Of a DNA stretch of 64,000 bases, positions 41,701 to 56,845 are shown piece by piece. The DNA lies in assembly GCA_031835245.2 (NCBI GenBank), contig JAVKOQ020000086.1, positions 1 to 64,000 on the forward strand. Reading direction: 5' to 3'. Below the pieces are notes generated by a model, which worked only from the letters and a program-made list of their open reading frames with translations, ran no database searches and had not been told where the DNA came from. A program made the translations under genes and the position numbers. Within the stretch, counting starts at the first letter, position 1. Each line of letters begins with the position of its first letter. The DNA is from Balamuthia mandrillaris. Taxonomy: Eukaryota.

Positions 41701-44700
41701 AGAACAGGAACATTCCATGGCCGCAGCTTGAGCTGACAGATGACTTCACCTTTGAGCTCGTAGGAGGCCAGCGTGCGGCTGTTTTCCAACCAAGTGCCCT
41801 CATGCAGAAGCCCAAAGAAAGAGGAGCGGTAGGCTGGCAGTCCACCGCCTATTTCGCCATCTTTGTCAACAGAGGAGGAGGATGAGGATTGCGGGATTGG
41901 GTGTTTCTGCATAAGGGTGTCTATGCATGATTGAACAGTTGTGGTTTCCTCCAGTGGCACTACCACCTGCTGTCCTGTATAATCAATAAGCACTCGCAGG
42001 TGATCTCCTTCCACCTTTCCTCTCTCATCCTCCAAGCCCTGTTATCACAAGAAATGAACAATGAGTATATTGCAATTCCTTTTAAACAGGGCAATACAGG
42101 CATTGCAAAGATGTATGTACCTCCAACACTTTATTTTGCTCAAACTTGCTAATCATTTCTTCATAATCCTCCAATAGTTCCTCCTCGAATATGTCCAACT
42201 CGTAGTCAAGAATATCGGAGCTGAATAAGCGAAGTTTCTGATAATAAGAGCAATATACAGTCAGCTTTGCAAATAAAAGGAAAAAGAGTAAACTCTACCT
42301 CAATCAGTTCGATGATACCCATGTGGACGAACTCTCGACGTATCCGCTGACGCTTTTCCAAGTTTTCCTCATCACAAATGAGGCGGTTAATAATAAACGC
42401 GCTGTTTATCTGCCCATCCGATCAGGAGAGTTAGAGAATATCATCATCAACCGAAAAGGCGAGAAAAAAGGCAAGAGGAAGAGAAACGAAGGCATGTGTA
42501 GTAAAGAAAACTCACCACACTATCAACTGAATAGCCATGCTCTATTAAGGGATCCATTAAGCGAGCAAAGCGGTTTTCCTGTGGCAACCCTCTGACCTTG
42601 TGGTAGTAGTCAAAGCTTTCCAAAACAAGCTGATGTCCAATAAAGTGAACTTCCATTATGAAGCTCAGTATGTCAAGGGCGACATCGCGCACTGGCACGC
42701 TTGGTATATACAGACAGAGAGCCACGCAGCATACAGAGTCCGTTGTGGTAAGCACAGAACGTAACGATACCTGCGGTTATAGTTGGGATTAAAATGTTAG
42801 CCATCTAACAAAAAAAGCAAAATGGCACACGGTGGTGATAATGGTGTGTACGTTCAAAAGATGGCGGATGCACTTCAGAGCAGCCTCCAACACCGGATAG
42901 TCGGCCACAGAGAAATTGAGCTTGCGAGCAGTGATAAGGATCAACCGCACCAACGCATCTATGCCTCCTACTTCCACGAATTGGGCAACCCAGGCTTGTG
43001 GTTGACTTTCCATTGCCTGGAAGAGATCTTCTATTTGTTTGGCTGTTGGTCGGCCTTTGAGCATGGCACAGAAATCGGAGGCCAGAATCAGCTTGGCCTT
43101 CGCTGCCGTTGTCTTTGTCTTTGAGGACGAAGCCTAGGCAATAGTCACAAAATAAGATTAAAGACCAAGCAATAAGAAAATCAGAAGCAAAAAAACAAAA
43201 CAAAAAACAAAAAAAATGGGAGAGATGATGATAGGAGCGTACCAGCATTTCCAACGTAGAACCTTTGTATTGAGTAAGGAGTTTCCACTTTTGGTTAGCT
43301 GGCAATTTTTTGAGGGTCTCTTTCCTTCGGTTAGAAAAGTCTTGTTCGCTCTGGTTTGAGCATCGCATTCATTAGCGCAAACAAAATAATAAAACAAAAG
43401 GTCTGTCTTTGGGTGAAGGAGCCACACAATAGAACGAGGGAATAACGTACCAACAAACGATCAAAGGCAACTTTGAACTTGGAGTAGGAGGGAATGTTTT
43501 TGTCCTCAGAGGCTTTGTCTTCAACTGGCCGAGGAGTGGTGAGCAGGCTTGGGGCTGATGAGCCAGCCACAGCCACCGTTTGTCTTCGTTTGCTAGGAGC
43601 GTCAACGGAGTCCTCCTCCGATTCGGTCTCCTCGCTTTGTCCATTATCACTTTCAGCCAATTTGAGGAGATTCTCAGAGCTGCGACCGCTGCGACGGAGG
43701 GGAGCATGGGCGGGAGGTCTTAGCGAGTGTTCAGCAGAGGAATGAGCGAGAACGGCGGCGGTGCTGGCTCGCGCTCGAGCGATGGCGCTGGCATCCAACG
43801 TACCGGCCCGCGATGATGAAGCTGAAGGTCCTCGAGCGGACGTTGATTTGCGGCGACTCTCCACAAAGCGTTTCATTTCATCTTCTGGTGATTCGACTTT
43901 CTTTGGGGCTTGCAGGAGTTTGAGTTGCTCTGGCGATAGGAACGAAGTTGCACGAGGTAAAGGGTTGGAATCTTCGGCAGAAGAACCTGCCCCGTTTCCT
44001 CCTCTCGGTGAAACAAGAACGGTGGTAGGGTCAGCAGTGGTGGTGCGTTGATAAACTTCCGCCAGATTGGCTGTATGAATGGACCTCCTCCATTGCTGGG
44101 AAGAGGTTCGATTGAGGCCGCTGGGTATAGTAGGCTTGGAGGAGCGCGTTGTGCCGATCCCATTGCCCCTTGCTCGCTCGCCAAAGCCTCCATCAGCGTC
44201 GGATCTGAGGAGTGCCAGCGCTCCTTTACTGCGTATTACTTCCTGCACCTCGCTAGGTAGTTTGTTGTTGTCCAAACTGAGTCGCAGTAATTGCTTCATC
44301 TGGAGGAGTGCCGGGGGTACCTCCTTCAGTTCGTTGTGATGCAAAATAAGCACGACAAGCCCTTCCAGCCTGGCAAGCTCTGATGGCAGCCGTTGGAGCT
44401 GGTTGTATTCGAGGTAGAGCTTGCGAAGGGAGGTGCAGTTGCCAATCTCGCTAGGCAGCTCTACCAGTTCGTTTTCCTGCAGGCAAAGCTCGGTTAGGTT
44501 GGTAAGCTGCCCGATGGTCAGCGGTAGCGTCTTCAGCATATTGTCATGCAACTTCACGCCCCTCAGCTCGGTGGCGTTACCCAGCTCTGGTGGTAGCTGT
44601 GTGAGCAGGTTGTGTTGCGCGTAAAGGTTGGTCAGTTGCTGCATCCGTCCCAACGTTGCCGGCAAAGTGTTCAGCTTGTTCTCTGATACATCCAACTCCT

Positions 44701-45548
44701 TCAACTTTTGACATCCACTCAATTCCTTTGGTAGCTCTTTCAGTTCGTTTCGTCGCAGGTTCAGGTTCTCCAATTGCAGCAGTTGTGCCACCTTATTCGT
44801 TCATTCATTTAGTTATTATGTTCACTTTAGACTTGAATAACAAGAAGAGAAAAAGGAAGAACAAGAACAAGAACAAGAACAAGAAGAAGAACAAGAACAA
44901 GAACAAGAACAAGAACAAGAACAAGAACAAGAAGAAGAACAAGAACAAGAACAAGAACAAGAACAAGAACAAGAACAAGAACAAGAACAAGAACAAGAAC
45001 AAGAACAAGAAGCAAACCTCTTTGGGTAGAGCAGTAATCCTATTTTCAGAGAGGTCCAAAACGGCAAGGTTGGGCAAGGCGCAGAGCTCCAATGGAAAGC
45101 TATCAAAGCTGTTCTTCAAGAGGTAAAGGGCCTGCAGGTTCTGCATACCGGTGATGTCCTTTGGGAGGTCCGTGATCTGGTTGTCGCCCAGGTGGAGTAG
45201 CTGCAGGTTCATGAGGTGAGAGACCAGGGCCGGAAATGCGGTGAAGCGATTCTGGTTCAACCGCAGCTCCTTGAGGTCCTTGAGCTTAGCCAAGGAGGGC
45301 ACCGTGCTCAGCTTGTTGTCCTCCAGGTTGAGCACCTCCAAGCTCAACAACCTGACCAACTCGTAGGGGATCTTTTGTATCTTGCAGGAGCGCGCCTCCA
45401 GCAAGGTGAGCTTGGGCAGCTGCTCCACCAGCTGCTCCAACGCCTCCACCAGCTCCTTCTCCTTGAGCTTCACTTTGCTTACATAGAATTCTTTGCTGCC
45501 TCGCAGGTCCACCGCTTGTTGTACCAACGACGACAGTTGCGCCCCCAT
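38787..45548 (-). CDS. Multidomain RasGEF: LRR, GBD/FH3, four ubiquitin-like repeats, REM, CDC25 (Dictyostelium GefL-like)
   Basis: MGAQLSS start; LxxLxLxxNxL repeats; [29 protein letters not shown] (GBD/FH3); [46 protein letters not shown]. Exons join in frame across 42000-42600. Confidence 0.9.
44858..45011. repeat. (AACAAG)n intronic microsatellite
   Basis: Direct inspection. Confidence 0.95.
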
Positions 45549-46125
45549 TTCTTGCTCTCTTCTTGTTCGCTTTCTCGCTTCTTCTGCTTCCTTTCTTTTT
45601 CTCTCTCTCTCTCCTTTCTCCTTCTTTGTGAGCAAGCAGCTCGCTTGTGGCGGCTGTTTGAACTCGCAAGCTTCTTTTTTTGGGGGGGGGGGGAAGAAGA
45701 GAGGAGGGTTTAGTTTTTTTTTATATTATTTGGAGGGTTGTCGTTAAGTTGGTTGCGGCTTGGCGGCCTCCCCTCTTTGTTTGTTGTTATTGTTCGCTTT
45801 CTGCTGTTCTTCGTTTTTTTCTTTCTTTCTTTCTCTCTCTGGTGGGTTCTCGCTGCTAAATGGTTCCCTCCCATTTTCGTTGCAGCCGATGGAACGCCGG
45901 CGGTGACAGATTGGACAGGTTTTGCCGTTACCGGTATCCCCATAGGGCGAGTTTCATTTAGCTCTCTCGCTATGCGATCGTTTTTGCTTTTATTCCACCC
46001 CCCCCCCCACCAGCCACCACCACCCCCACCACCACCACCCCCTTTTTTTTTTCATTTTGTTGTTTTGTTATACTTCTTCTTCCCCTTATTATTCACTCCC
46101 ACACAACAGTTCAACTTCTCCCCCA

Positions 46126-47288
46126 ATGCCTGTCCGGTTTGCTGACCAAGGGTCTATCAAGGCCGCCATTGCTGACGTGCTTTCCCCCACAACCTTTTCT
46201 GGATGGTTCGTTGTTCTTCTCTTCTCTTTCTGCATTTCTCTTCTGCTCTCTGTCTCTCTGTCTCTCTGTCTCTCTGTCTCTCTGTCTCTCTGTCTCTCTG
46301 TCTCTCTCTCTGTCTGTCTCTCTCTCTTCCCCTCCCCCTCCCCCTCCTCCCTTGAGTGGTGGTGTGATGAGAAAAAAATTAAGGTCTTGTTCGTCGGATT
46401 CACGCCGTGACGATGCCATAACGGATTTTCCTGATTCTCTCTTCTCTCTTCTCTTCTTTCTCTCTCCCTTTGGAAGTCCTCCCACCTTTTAACTCAAGTA
46501 TTGCTGTCCTTTTTCCCGAACAAAGGGTGTTGGTGGGTTACTCTGGCCCCGAAACTCTCGTCCTTCAAGCCAAAGGCAGCGGCGGCGTCCCTGAGCTCGT
46601 CTCTAACTTGAAAGGTTTCCTTATTCTGCTTTGCTTTTCGTGTCCCTTTTCTCTTCTCTCTCGACGCTCTGTGTTCTCGTCTGCCTCGGCAGTCTCTTCT
46701 CTGCTGCACATTTTGCTGACACCAAGAGTGAACAATAGATAACGAGGTTCAATACTGTTTGGTCAGGATTCCTCTTGAGAATGCTGTTTCTTCCTGTAAG
46801 TGTTTTTTTTTTCAGTTTCGTTTTTGTACTTCTATGTTGTTTTTTTCTTACCATCATACGTTTGCAACCTTCAGCCCGAGCCCAAGGAGACCCTCAAAAG
46901 GTCAGCAGCTTCTTGTTGTTTTTTTTTAACTATGCCCTCTTAGCTCTCACCTTCATTCTCTATTTCTCTTTTCTTCTTTCTCACTTTCTAGACCCGAGAC
47001 GTGTTCATTGCATGGTACCGTTCGCTGCATTCATTGTTTTTTTTTTTCAGACCTTGTGTGGGTTTGAGTTACTAACGTAATGTTGCGCGGTGTTGTGATG
47101 ATAATAATAGGACTGGGCCAGCCGTGAAGATCATCGAGAAAGGCAAAAAGATGGCTCACGTCGGCGACGTCACCAAAGTGTTGGCTCCCTCCCACGCCGA
47201 ACTCACCGCCATCAGCAAGCAAAACTTCACAGAGGCTGTCGTCCGTGATCGTAGCGACGTTTTGTCTGGCTCTCACGTTATTGATTAA
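46126..47288 (+). CDS. Coactosin-like ADF-H domain actin-binding protein, six exons
   Basis: AAIADVLS..W|VLVGYSG..LVLQAKGSGGVPELVSNL|DNEVQYCLVR..RDVFIAW|TGPAVKIIEKGK..HAEL..SGSHVID*. Confidence 0.88.
46364..46434 (+). ncRNA. Intronic C/D box snoRNA, copy 1
   Basis: C box GTGATGA, guide TTAAGGTCTTGTTCGT, D' CGGA, C' GTGACGA, second guide, D box CTGA; sense strand in intron 1 of the coactosin-like gene. Guide 1 is complementary to the conserved SSU rRNA motif ACGAACGAGACCUUAA. Confidence 0.88.
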
Positions 47289-47406
47289 TGTTGCTATCGT
47301 TGTCCTCTTATCTTTTAAATACCACCCTTCCTCCTTATTTACTCTTGGGTTTCTTCACCTTGTTCTCTCACTCCCTCCACAATGATGACTGTACAAAAGG
47401 AACGCT

Positions 47407-50298
<2,892 letters not shown>

Positions 50299-50413
50299 CT
50301 TCGCCTCTTCAAGCTCCCTCTCCAACTTTCGACGGGAGTGGAGTTTGGGAGAGTTCCCTCTGCTTTACTGCTGCAACGCAACGTTCATTTTTTTGAGTCT
50401 CAACTCTTTTTTT

Positions 50414-50425
50414 TTGGCGGGAAAA
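50414..50425 (-). promoter_or_regulatory. E2F-like site upstream of MCM3, with a CCAAT box at ~50515-50522
   Basis: TTTTCCCGCCAA on the MCM3 strand about 115 bp upstream of the ATG; matches the TTTSSCGC E2F consensus typical of MCM promoters. Confidence 0.55.
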
Positions 50426-50683
50426 TGACTACCGCATAATCATCCTCACCCATGGTAATGGTTGAGGGGTAGTTAAAATTTTGCGGAGTTTGCATGTTAA
50501 TCCCCACCAGTGGTTGATTGGCCCTCCCAGACAATACCTAAAAAGGAAAGTATCGAAGCGACATGCCCTTTTTAAAGCCGAATAATTTGTTGGTTAGAAA
50601 AAGAAAAGCAAAAAAATTTTTGGCTACTCCGTCCCTACGTCCTTTGCGCAGGTGGAAGAAGACCAAAGGGGGTGGTTAAGAAG

Positions 50684-51747
50684 ATGCGATTTCTCGTTTC
50701 TGCGGTTGCATTGGTGCTGTTGTTGACAACTGTCGCTGCGCAATTTGAGAGCGCGCCTCTTCGATACAGCGCGGACAACGTTTTGTCCTTGGAGCTGTTT
50801 CCCACGAGCAGATGGAGTTCCGATGACTGCTTCACCAGCAACTGTACAGACGACGTGGTGCTGAACTTCGACCTCTATGAGGTGTTGGAGGGGAGCGGCG
50901 AGTGTTTCCTGAAGGAGAATTTGTACGGAAGGGAGACCGGGAGTTTGTTGGACATTGAAGATGACACGATGCAGGTGGGGTTGTCGTCCATCTTCAACAC
51001 TCTTTTCAACGGCGGCAACACTTGTATCGAGGATTTGGAGACCGCTTTTGATACGGTTGCTTGTCTCATCGCCAACGAATGTACGCTCTTCCCACCCGCC
51101 AAGGAGCATGTTCTCTCTTTACCTCATTTTTTTTTCTTTGCGTTGCATCGTTTTCTCTCTGTCTCCTCTTGCCTTTCTCGTTAATTTCTAGCTCTCTTTT
51201 TTTGCCTTCCGTCTGCTTAACCTCTTCATTGTTTCTTTCCTCGATCTCGCTTAGTTTTACATAACAAAACTGTGTTGTTTTTTCCATTCAAACAGACGAC
51301 ACAGAGGGACTGGAGGAAGTGTCAGTGCGAATCATCGAAGGCGTGGAGGGAGGCATCGACGCCCTATCGGAGGGCTGCCTCGCTCACCCCGTGCGCTGCG
51401 GCGCCGCCCCTCGCCTCATAATCAACTTTTTGATCCCCTCCTTCTGCTCGAGCGGCTGTCTGGAGAACAGGCCTCGGACGTGCTACCCTGGCCTCAGCCC
51501 CAACGAGTTCCACTGGCTGGCGTACAGGTACGAGCTACAGCAGGCCAAGAAGAGGGTCAGCCAGCTGCTCACCTGCGCACAGGAGGGGCAGACAGCCTTG
51601 AAAGCCTCCTTGAAGGAAGACCCAGAGAGCGCTCCTGTACCGGATCACGCCACCATCAACCAAGTCTTTGATACCGTTCGCTATACCACTGGTGTTTGTC
51701 TGCCGGAATGGGAGGATTCTCTTCTATCTACTTTTCTCTCTCCTTGA
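50684..51747 (+). CDS. Secreted Cys-containing protein of unknown function, two exons
   Basis: Signal peptide MRFLVSAVALVLLLTTVAA; intron 51081-51295 (GTACGC..AACAG) joins the exons in frame. Confidence 0.75.
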
Positions 51748-51889
51748 TTCATTTTTCTCACCAAACAAAAAACAAATACAAAAAAAAAAAAAAGAAACGA
51801 ACCTGAAAGTTTTTTTTGTTGTTGTTGTCTCTATTGTTATTCTGAAGTTTGTGTTGTGGAGGAAGAGAGGATGACCTGACCTAGGGCAG

Positions 51890-52089
51890 CTAGAACTTTG
51901 TGAATTGCCTTTGGTCTCCATCTATCCGTTGGCCGTAGGGATTGTCGGCGCTGAACCTTCCTACTCCCCTCACTTTGCCTTTCTTGTCCGCAAATTTGGC
52001 CAACTTGCGTCCTTTTGGCTCTCTGTTGCTCAAGTCTGCAATAAGGAATTACGATTGTTAGTTTGAAAAAACAGGGAGGGGAGCAGAGT

Positions 52090-52129
<40 letters not shown>

Positions 52130-54459
52130 GAAAATCCGTTATGGCATCGTCATGGCATGAATCCGACGAACAAGACCTTAATTTTTTTTCTCATCACACT
52201 CACCAGGAGAGAGAAAGGGAGAAAGAGAAAGAGAGTTAAAAAAAGCATACTTAGGTTGACTTTAGGGGGTACGGTAAAGCCGAACGATTTCGCTACTTTG
52301 AGAAGATCGAGTTCGTGCACGTTGAAAATGTGCTTATGAGAGTGTGAGGCATACGCCAGAAGGTAGGAACGATAGGCATCCCGAGCTGAACGATGAAGAT
52401 AATAGTTCTTTTCGACTAGTCTCTCCAACTTGTATCAAAAGTAATCAGCATGAGATAGCAACAAGAAAAGAAGGAGAGAACGAAAGAAGAGAAGCAGGTT
52501 AGAGACATTACCTGTGACTGCACGTTGGCAATTTTGCTAGAGGGGAACTCGTACTCATCCAAAGTAACTCGAGCTTTCTTCAAGTACCTCAGGTAACCAA
52601 GCTCTTGGGGAAGCACGAAGAGAAGAGCACGTCCCTGACCACCAGCTCTGGCCGTTCTGCCAACCCGATGAATGTATTCCTTGGGGTCATCGGGAGGATC
52701 GTACTGAATGATCCAATCAACGGCAGGGATGTCCAGACCTCTGGCTGCCACATCCGTGCACAGCAATATTCCGTGCTTTGCATTGCAAAACTCAAAGAAA
52801 GTATTTGTTCGTTTTTGCTGCTTTTGCCTTCCCTAAAAATCAGACAGCTTGTGTTAGTAACAACTTGTGGTTAAATTTAAAAAGAAAAGAACATACATGA
52901 AGGTCGAGCACAGGAATATCAATATAATTCAGGAGCTCAGCGTGATATTTGACAGAATTGCAGGAGGAGAAGAACACAATGACCTTTTTCTTGATGTTTT
53001 TCTTGAGGAATGTGAACAACAACAAAAATCGTACTTCGCTAGGCACCACCACGTAACCCTATTACCACAGCCAATTTAGATATGTGCAAATATGTAAACA
53101 ATCAAGCAAGCCGAACCTGTTTGAGCCCATCGACAGTGGCTTTATCCCTGTGGTCGTCCGCTCCGATGTACTTCACAGTGGACTTCAAAGAGATCCTTGC
53201 CAGGTCTTCAATCTTTTTGGTCTGAGTGGCAGAGAACAAGAGCGTCTGCCGCTCTTGTGGGAGAGCTTTAACGATGGCCTTCATCTCTTCCTCGAAACCG
53301 ATTTCCAAGATACGGTCAGCCTCGTCGATGACAAGGCACTTCAGGTTGTGGAAGTTGAAACCCTTTGTGTTTTGAATGTGGTCCAAAAGACGACCAGGAG
53401 TGGCTACCAGCAAGTTCACGCCCTTTTGCAGCTTATCAGCCTCCGTCTTACGGTTAGCACCGCCGATCACCAGTCCGTGCGTCTGTGTGTGGTACTTGAG
53501 CAGCTCTCGTGCCACACCATAGATCTGAAGGCATAACTCTCTGGTAGGAGAAATGATCAACACTCCCGTTCCTGCGTACAAATTTTCGTAGTGGCATATA
53601 AGTGCAAAGAACGAGACATGAGAGAAGAGAATGGAAAAAGAAAAGTAGCGAAACGAGAGAGAGAGAGAGAGAGAGAGAGAAGAGAGGAAAAGGGAAAACA
53701 GGAAAAACAAACCGTTTCGAGGACGGAATTGGATACGATGAAGGAGTTCAATGGCGGGAATGAGGAAGGCCAATGTTTTGCCAGAACCCGTTCTGGCGGC
53801 AGCCAACACGTCTCCACCGGCTAACAAGTGGGGCAAAGTCATGGCTTGGATGCGCGTCAGCCGCTCAAAGCTTTGGTCCTGCAATGCACGCTTCGTGTTC
53901 TCGGAGAGAGTAAAGTCGCTGAAGAGTTGGTCGGTCAAGAGCCCACCTTCATCCGCTGTTTGTAGTTGTTTGGCAAAAGTAAGAGAGAAAATACACCGGA
54001 AGAACAGGAAGGAAGAAGGGAGAAAGGAGAAGAAAGGAGAAGAAGGAAGAAACCCGAACCAGAATATTGGACCTGGTCAGACACAGGAAGTTCATCGCGG
54101 TTCCATTCTTCCTCAGACAGCTTTGCTCTTTTGTTTGTGGTAGTTTCTTCTTCCTCGTCTTGGTCTTCCGCTTGTTCCTCTTGTGCTTCATCTTCCTCGT
54201 CCACTTCTTCCTCTCTTTCTTTCTTCTTTTCTGGCCTTTTCGGAGATTGTTTCTTATCCGCAGCTTGCTTGTTCTCCTTTGTCGGTGTTGTTGGCGCCGA
54301 CTTGGTCTTTTGGACAGGAGAAGAAGAAGCGGGCTGTTGCTGCACTACGCTTTCAGGGACGGAAGCTTGCTCCGCAGCGGCCGCTCCTTTTTGTCCTTTA
54401 GACCTCGATCGCTTTCGCTTTCTCTTACTCACATTGTTATTGTTGTTTGGTTCGCTCAT
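51890..54459 (-). CDS. DDX18: DEAD-box RNA helicase HAS1/DDX18
   Basis: [91 protein letters not shown]. Confidence 0.96.
52126..52197 (-). ncRNA. Intronic C/D box snoRNA, copy 2
   Basis: Same box and guide layout as 46364-46434 (two substitutions, one extra A); sense strand in the last intron of HAS1/DDX18. Confidence 0.88.
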
Positions 54460-54948
54460 TCTTTTTTTTTTTTGGAAGTTTTGTTTCCACTACACTCTTC
54501 ACCACAAACTTAAAAAAAAAAGTTTAAAAAGTCACAGTCAAAAAAAAAAAAACGGAGGGGGACCCCTTCTTCCTGCTTCCTGCTTCCTGCTTCCTGCTTC
54601 CTGCTTTCTTCTTTCTTTTCTTTTTCTTCGTTAGGGCCAAGGGATGACTCCTCGTTTTGATTTGTTTTTCGATTATGGGATCGCTATGATCGACTGTTTT
54701 GAAAAATGATTGGAAGGGGTCCAAGGGATGATCTCTTCCAATAAAAACGTCCTGTAATGCCCTTTTTTTTGGATAAAGTGCTGCTAATGAATGAACCAAC
54801 AGGCCACCGGCGTTACACCCCTCTGTTGTTTACGATATTGGACATTGGCTAGGCTACCAACCTAAAAAAAGTGCGCAAAGAAAGGAAGCGAGAGCTCAAA
54901 GTCTTCTACAAGTTAGAAAAAAAGAAAAATTAACGGGAGGTTGGTACC

Positions 54949-55675
54949 ATGGAGGAAAAGGCCAAGAAGAAAAGCTCCAAGAAAGGAGATGACCCCAAAG
55001 AACTCTTCTTGAGCTTTGGCGGGTCGGAGCTGCAAGGTCGTCGCAGCACCATGGAAGATGTTACCGTCTCCTTGAAGAACTCCAAGCTTGCCTTCTTTGG
55101 TGTCTTTGATGGTTTGTTTTCTTTTGCTAGAGCGACGGATGTGAATGAAGGACTAGCTAACGCTTTTTCTCCCCTTTCCTGGTCTTATTGATAATGAATA
55201 AAAGGACACGGAGGACGTCGAGCTGCTGACCATTGTGCTAAAAACTTACACAAGCACCTTCTCGCGGAGCCGGCTCTCAAGGAAAAACGCTACAAGAAAG
55301 CAATGTACTTTTCCTTCCCTTCTTCTCTTCATTATCCATTATCCAAGTTTTCAGCGTGTTCGTTGTTTCTTACTGTCGTTTCTCGTCTCCTGTGTTGAGT
55401 GCTTGAGTGTTCCTGTGTTTTCTTTTTCTTTTTCGTTGTCTTGCTGTCTGCGTGTTTGCTTCTTCGGTAGCTTTGGTTGTTGAGCGAACAAAAAAAAAAA
55501 AAAAAACAATGCTAACATGGCACAACGTTACAATTATTGGTGGTTCCTTTGCAACAGTCGAAACGCTTTCCTGCAGACAGACTCGGAGTTTTGTCAACAA
55601 GCTCAAGACCGGAAATGGCGGGACGGATCCACTGCTGCTATCGTCCTTCTCAAATACGATCGCGCCAAAAGTATT

Positions 55676-55712
<37 letters not shown>

Positions 55713-56711
55713 CCGCTTTGGCTTTCTTTTTGTTGTGTTCATGCTTTAACAGTCTTTTGCTTTTTTTTTTTTGAAAAAAGCAACTCGGGAAAGAAGAAGG
55801 TTATTGTTGGTGGCAAACGTGGGAGATACCAGAGTGGTTGCATGCCGTCAGGGCAAGGCAAAGCCTCTCACTGTGGATCACAAACCCCTCACGGAGCGTG
55901 AAAGAATCGAAAAGTATGGCGGTTGTATACTTGGAGGTACGTTCATGTCCCATTATTGCTCAGAAGTTTTGAAAAAAGAGTCACCAAAAGAGTTTAACTT
56001 GGAAAATAGGAAACGTAAACGGAGTATTGGCTGTCTCACGAGCTATAGGCGATGTAGAACTAAAGCCTGGTCGACCCATTCAGGACAATCCTGTCACTGT
56101 AATCTCTCTCTCTTCTCTTCTCTTCTCTTCTCTTCTCTTATCTTCTCTTCTCTTCTCTTCTCTTCTCTTCTCTTCTCTTCTCTTCTCTTCTCTTCTCTTC
56201 TCTTCTCTTCTCTTCTCTTCTCTTCTCTTCTCTTCTCTTCTCTTCTCTTCTCTTCTCTTCTCTTCTCTTCTCTTCTCTTCTCTTCATCGTTCTCTTCTCT
56301 TCATCGTTCTCTTCTCTTCATCGTTCTCTTCTCTTCTCTTCTCTTCTCTTCATCGTTCTCTTCTCTTCTCTTCTCTGCTCTAACAAAGCCCAAAAAAAAA
56401 AGGCCCAACCAGACGTATGGAAGTACGAAGTGACGGATGATTTGGAGTTTTTGCTGTTGGCATGCGATGGTGTGTGGGACGTGTTCTCCAACGACGATGC
56501 CGTAAAGGTGGTGCGCAAGGCCCTCAAACGCAACGGTGGAGACGCGAACGCAGCGGCAGAGGCCCTCACCAACGAAGCATATGAGCGCAAGAGCACTGAT
56601 AACATCAGTGCTCTCGTTGTTGTTCTTAATCCGTTGATGCGCAAGTCGGAAGGAAGCCAGCGAAGACGATCGTCTCTTGAACCGAGAAAAGAAGATGAAG
56701 CAAACAACTAA
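54949..56711 (+). CDS. Protein phosphatase 2C (PPM family)
   Basis: QGRRSTMED, FFGVFDG|HGG, DGSTA, VANVGDTRVV, LTVDHKP, LAVSRAIGD, LLLACDGVWD, STDNIS. Confidence 0.96.
56103..56375. repeat. (TCTTC)n intronic microsatellite
   Basis: Direct inspection. Confidence 0.95.
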
Positions 56712-56845
56712 GGTCTTCCTTGTTGGTTTTTGTTGCAACTGATGAAGCGAGATGGGATAAATATGTGTTTGTGAGTTATAAAGTCTTTTAAAAAGAGAAG
56801 AAAAGATTTTGTCAAAAATGGAGGGTAACGAGGGCGTGATTTTTT

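Noticed and set aside
42422..42447. ATGATGA...CTGA on the sense strand of a RasGEF intron as another snoRNA
   Set aside because: Only 26 nt from box C to box D, overlapping the branch-site region; too short.
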